64,000 nucleotides of DNA from Enoplolaimus lenunculus (Eukaryota). The translations under genes and the position numbers were made by a program. The notes under the pieces were generated by a model. That model saw nothing but the letters and a program-made list of their open reading frames with translations, was not told the DNA's origin and did not search any database. Positions 61,985 to 64,000 of the stretch are shown in pieces. The stretch is from assembly GCA_030248215.1 (NCBI GenBank), contig JASANG010000621.1:1-64000 (forward strand), written 5' to 3'. Position 1 is the stretch's first letter. Each line of letters starts with the position of its first letter.

Positions 61985-62890
61985 CTTAGGTTTAGTATTA
62001 CGAGTTTAGGCGTAGGATCTGGCGCAAAGCGTAGATATATGAACTTTAGAGTGACCTTGCCTTAGGCTTCGGTTTCCATTTAGACTACGGCTTAGGCTTA
62101 AGCTTTTGTTTAGGTTTAGGCTGTAAGCCTAGGCTTAAACTGAGGCTTTAAATATAGGCTTTGGTGAAACATAGATTAAATCTTAAATGGCCCTAGGCTA
62201 AATCTTATACTTTAAAAATAGTGTCTAATTGACTCTCCGAAATAAACTTTTCCGGACTACACAAACTGAGTCAAATTAGCCTCCGCCAGAGTCAAATTCG
62301 ACTTAACAGAATCGCTCAGTGAGTCGAATTTGACTCACTTTGTGTAGTCCCGAAAAGCATATTTCTGAGAGAGCCAATTTGACTCACCATTTTTTGCAAT
62401 ATAGGCTTAGGCTTGGGATTTAGTAGTAGGTTTATGTTTTGGCAAGCATAGACTAGACCGTAAATGGCATAGGCTTAGGCTTTAGGATGGGCTTTGGTTT
62501 AAACAAAGATTGCGTTCTAAACGACTCTTGGATTAAATCTTAGGCTTCGGATTCGGCTTAGATTTAAGCTTAAGTTTCAGGATTCCATCTTCGACCATAT
62601 CCTGAAATCCCAAAATCGCAGTAGGTACGTTTAGGCTTAGGCCTTAGTAATAGGCTTTGGTTTAAACATAGTCTATATCTTAAATGACCCATGGGCTAAA
62701 CTTAGACTTAGTCTTAGGCTTATTCTTAGGTTTGGGCCTCAGTATCGGTTAGTCGTAGATTATACCGTAAATGGCATAGGCTTAAAAGCGTATGTTTTAG
62801 GAATGGGGTTTGGTTTATACAAAATTAGATCCTAAATGTCCTTTTGGCTAAATCTTAGGCTTAAACTTGAGCTTAGTTTAGACTTAGGCT
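61985..62890 (+). repeat. Degenerate interstitial TTAGGC-rich sequence
   Basis: Many TTAGGC/TTAGGT/TTAGAC hexamers; similar patches at about 36950, 37620, 49680 and 59330. Confidence 0.7.
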
Positions 62891-62904
62891 TTATGAGCAG
62901 CCCA

Positions 62905-63090
62905 CCTTCGACAATATCCCGAATTCCCACGTTCGACAATATCCCGCAATCCCAAAATCCTACCGTCGGCCAAATCCCGAACTACCAATAACCTACTTTC
63001 GACCGCATCTCGAAATACCAACATCCCAAAATCCCACTTTCCACCATATCCCGAACTCCGAAAATCCCACGTTCGACCATATCTCAAAAT
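62905..63090. repeat. Degenerate ~30-bp tandem repeat
   Basis: TTCGACMATATCCCG...ATCCCAAAATCC repeated about 6 times. Confidence 0.7.
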
Positions 63091-64000
63091 TCCACCTTCT
63101 TGTGATGGGATGGTGGGATTTTGGGACGGCAGTGAGGTTTACATAGGCCAAACACTCAAACCGCATTTGCGTATTAACTATAACACGGCCATTCGTAGAA
63201 GTGTACGTCAGCAGACGTTTTACTTATATTGTCCGCTAAAAATTTTATCGAAATCCAAAAAAATAAAAAAGACCACAGAGAACATGCAGTTTGCCACGGA
63301 AAGGCGATAATTTTAGTCCTCACCGTGGGGTAACTTCCGCATTCGAAGTTTATTTTCATTAACTAAATTTTTGTGCAAAATCCGTTTTATAATGAAAATT
63401 TGTGCCGTTTAGAATTTTCAACAGAATGTTATATACGGCAACGCTTTTACAAAATTACTTACATAGTAAACCTGACTTTTAGCAGGTAATCAAAGTTGAG
63501 AACAGTAGTTACCTGGGCGGCGAATAATTGTCAAATCTCAAAAAGATATAAGTACAAAACAGCACCAAATCGGACAAACTTTACACTTTACGCAATGGAT
63601 AACGAAAAATGAGACAATATATACAGAAATAAAAATATAAAGCACCGCATTTTGTACATATAAATGATATAACTGGCCATCAGAATAAGTCATAAGGGAA
63701 GAGCTAAAATTTGTTGCCATACATGAAAATCGGTTCTCGTTTCCTGTTATGCCATCGCCAGAAATTCTGGTATTCATGCTCATAGATTTTATGCAATTGC
63801 TAATATGGTCCACTTCTTTGATACTTAGGTTCTGCATATAAACAACTAACAAAATCAACATCCGACTTGTAAAAAGTTTAAATTTTCGCGAAATTTCAAG
63901 AAACAAAAGGAATATCATCAGTTATTTAATATCCGTTTTCCGTTTCCGCTATTTTGACCGATATCCGCTTGCGTACTTTTTACAATTCGTTTATACCATG

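Noticed and set aside
61985..62890. True telomere
   Set aside because: TTAGGC units are degenerate, interspersed and followed by unique sequence.
63538..63918. 126-aa minus-strand ORF
   Set aside because: No recognisable domain or supportable exon structure within the window.

Overview
AT-rich, intron-containing, transposon-dense eukaryotic DNA, most likely from a nematode (dispersed TTAGGC repeats, TTTCAG/TTTTAG acceptors, TIL-domain gene). The dominant feature is a ~17.7 kb Ty3/Gypsy-type LTR retroelement on the minus strand (10579-28323). It has ~2 kb LTRs, a tRNA-Gln primer site and one uninterrupted 2387-aa Gag-Env-Pol ORF, with a class I fusion glycoprotein placed between Gag and protease. 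Two intact intronless accessory genes follow inside the LTRs: a Upf1-like SF1 helicase and a NADAR/YbiA hydrolase. The element's non-coding parts carry about 14 copies of a covarying GNRA-tetraloop hairpin. Its LTRs align only in blocks and there is no target-site duplication. Other notable items: a 514-bp TRIM with tRNA-derived LTRs and the same tRNA-Gln primer site; two divergent solo LTRs that each encode a Trp-rich micro-ORF and a PAM2-motif micro-ORF; a 7-exon ENPP-family host gene; a TIL/Kunitz-like cysteine-rich host gene; many MITEs and satellites; and a probably artefactual 424-bp poly-C run. All alignments and family assignments were made by eye, without searches.
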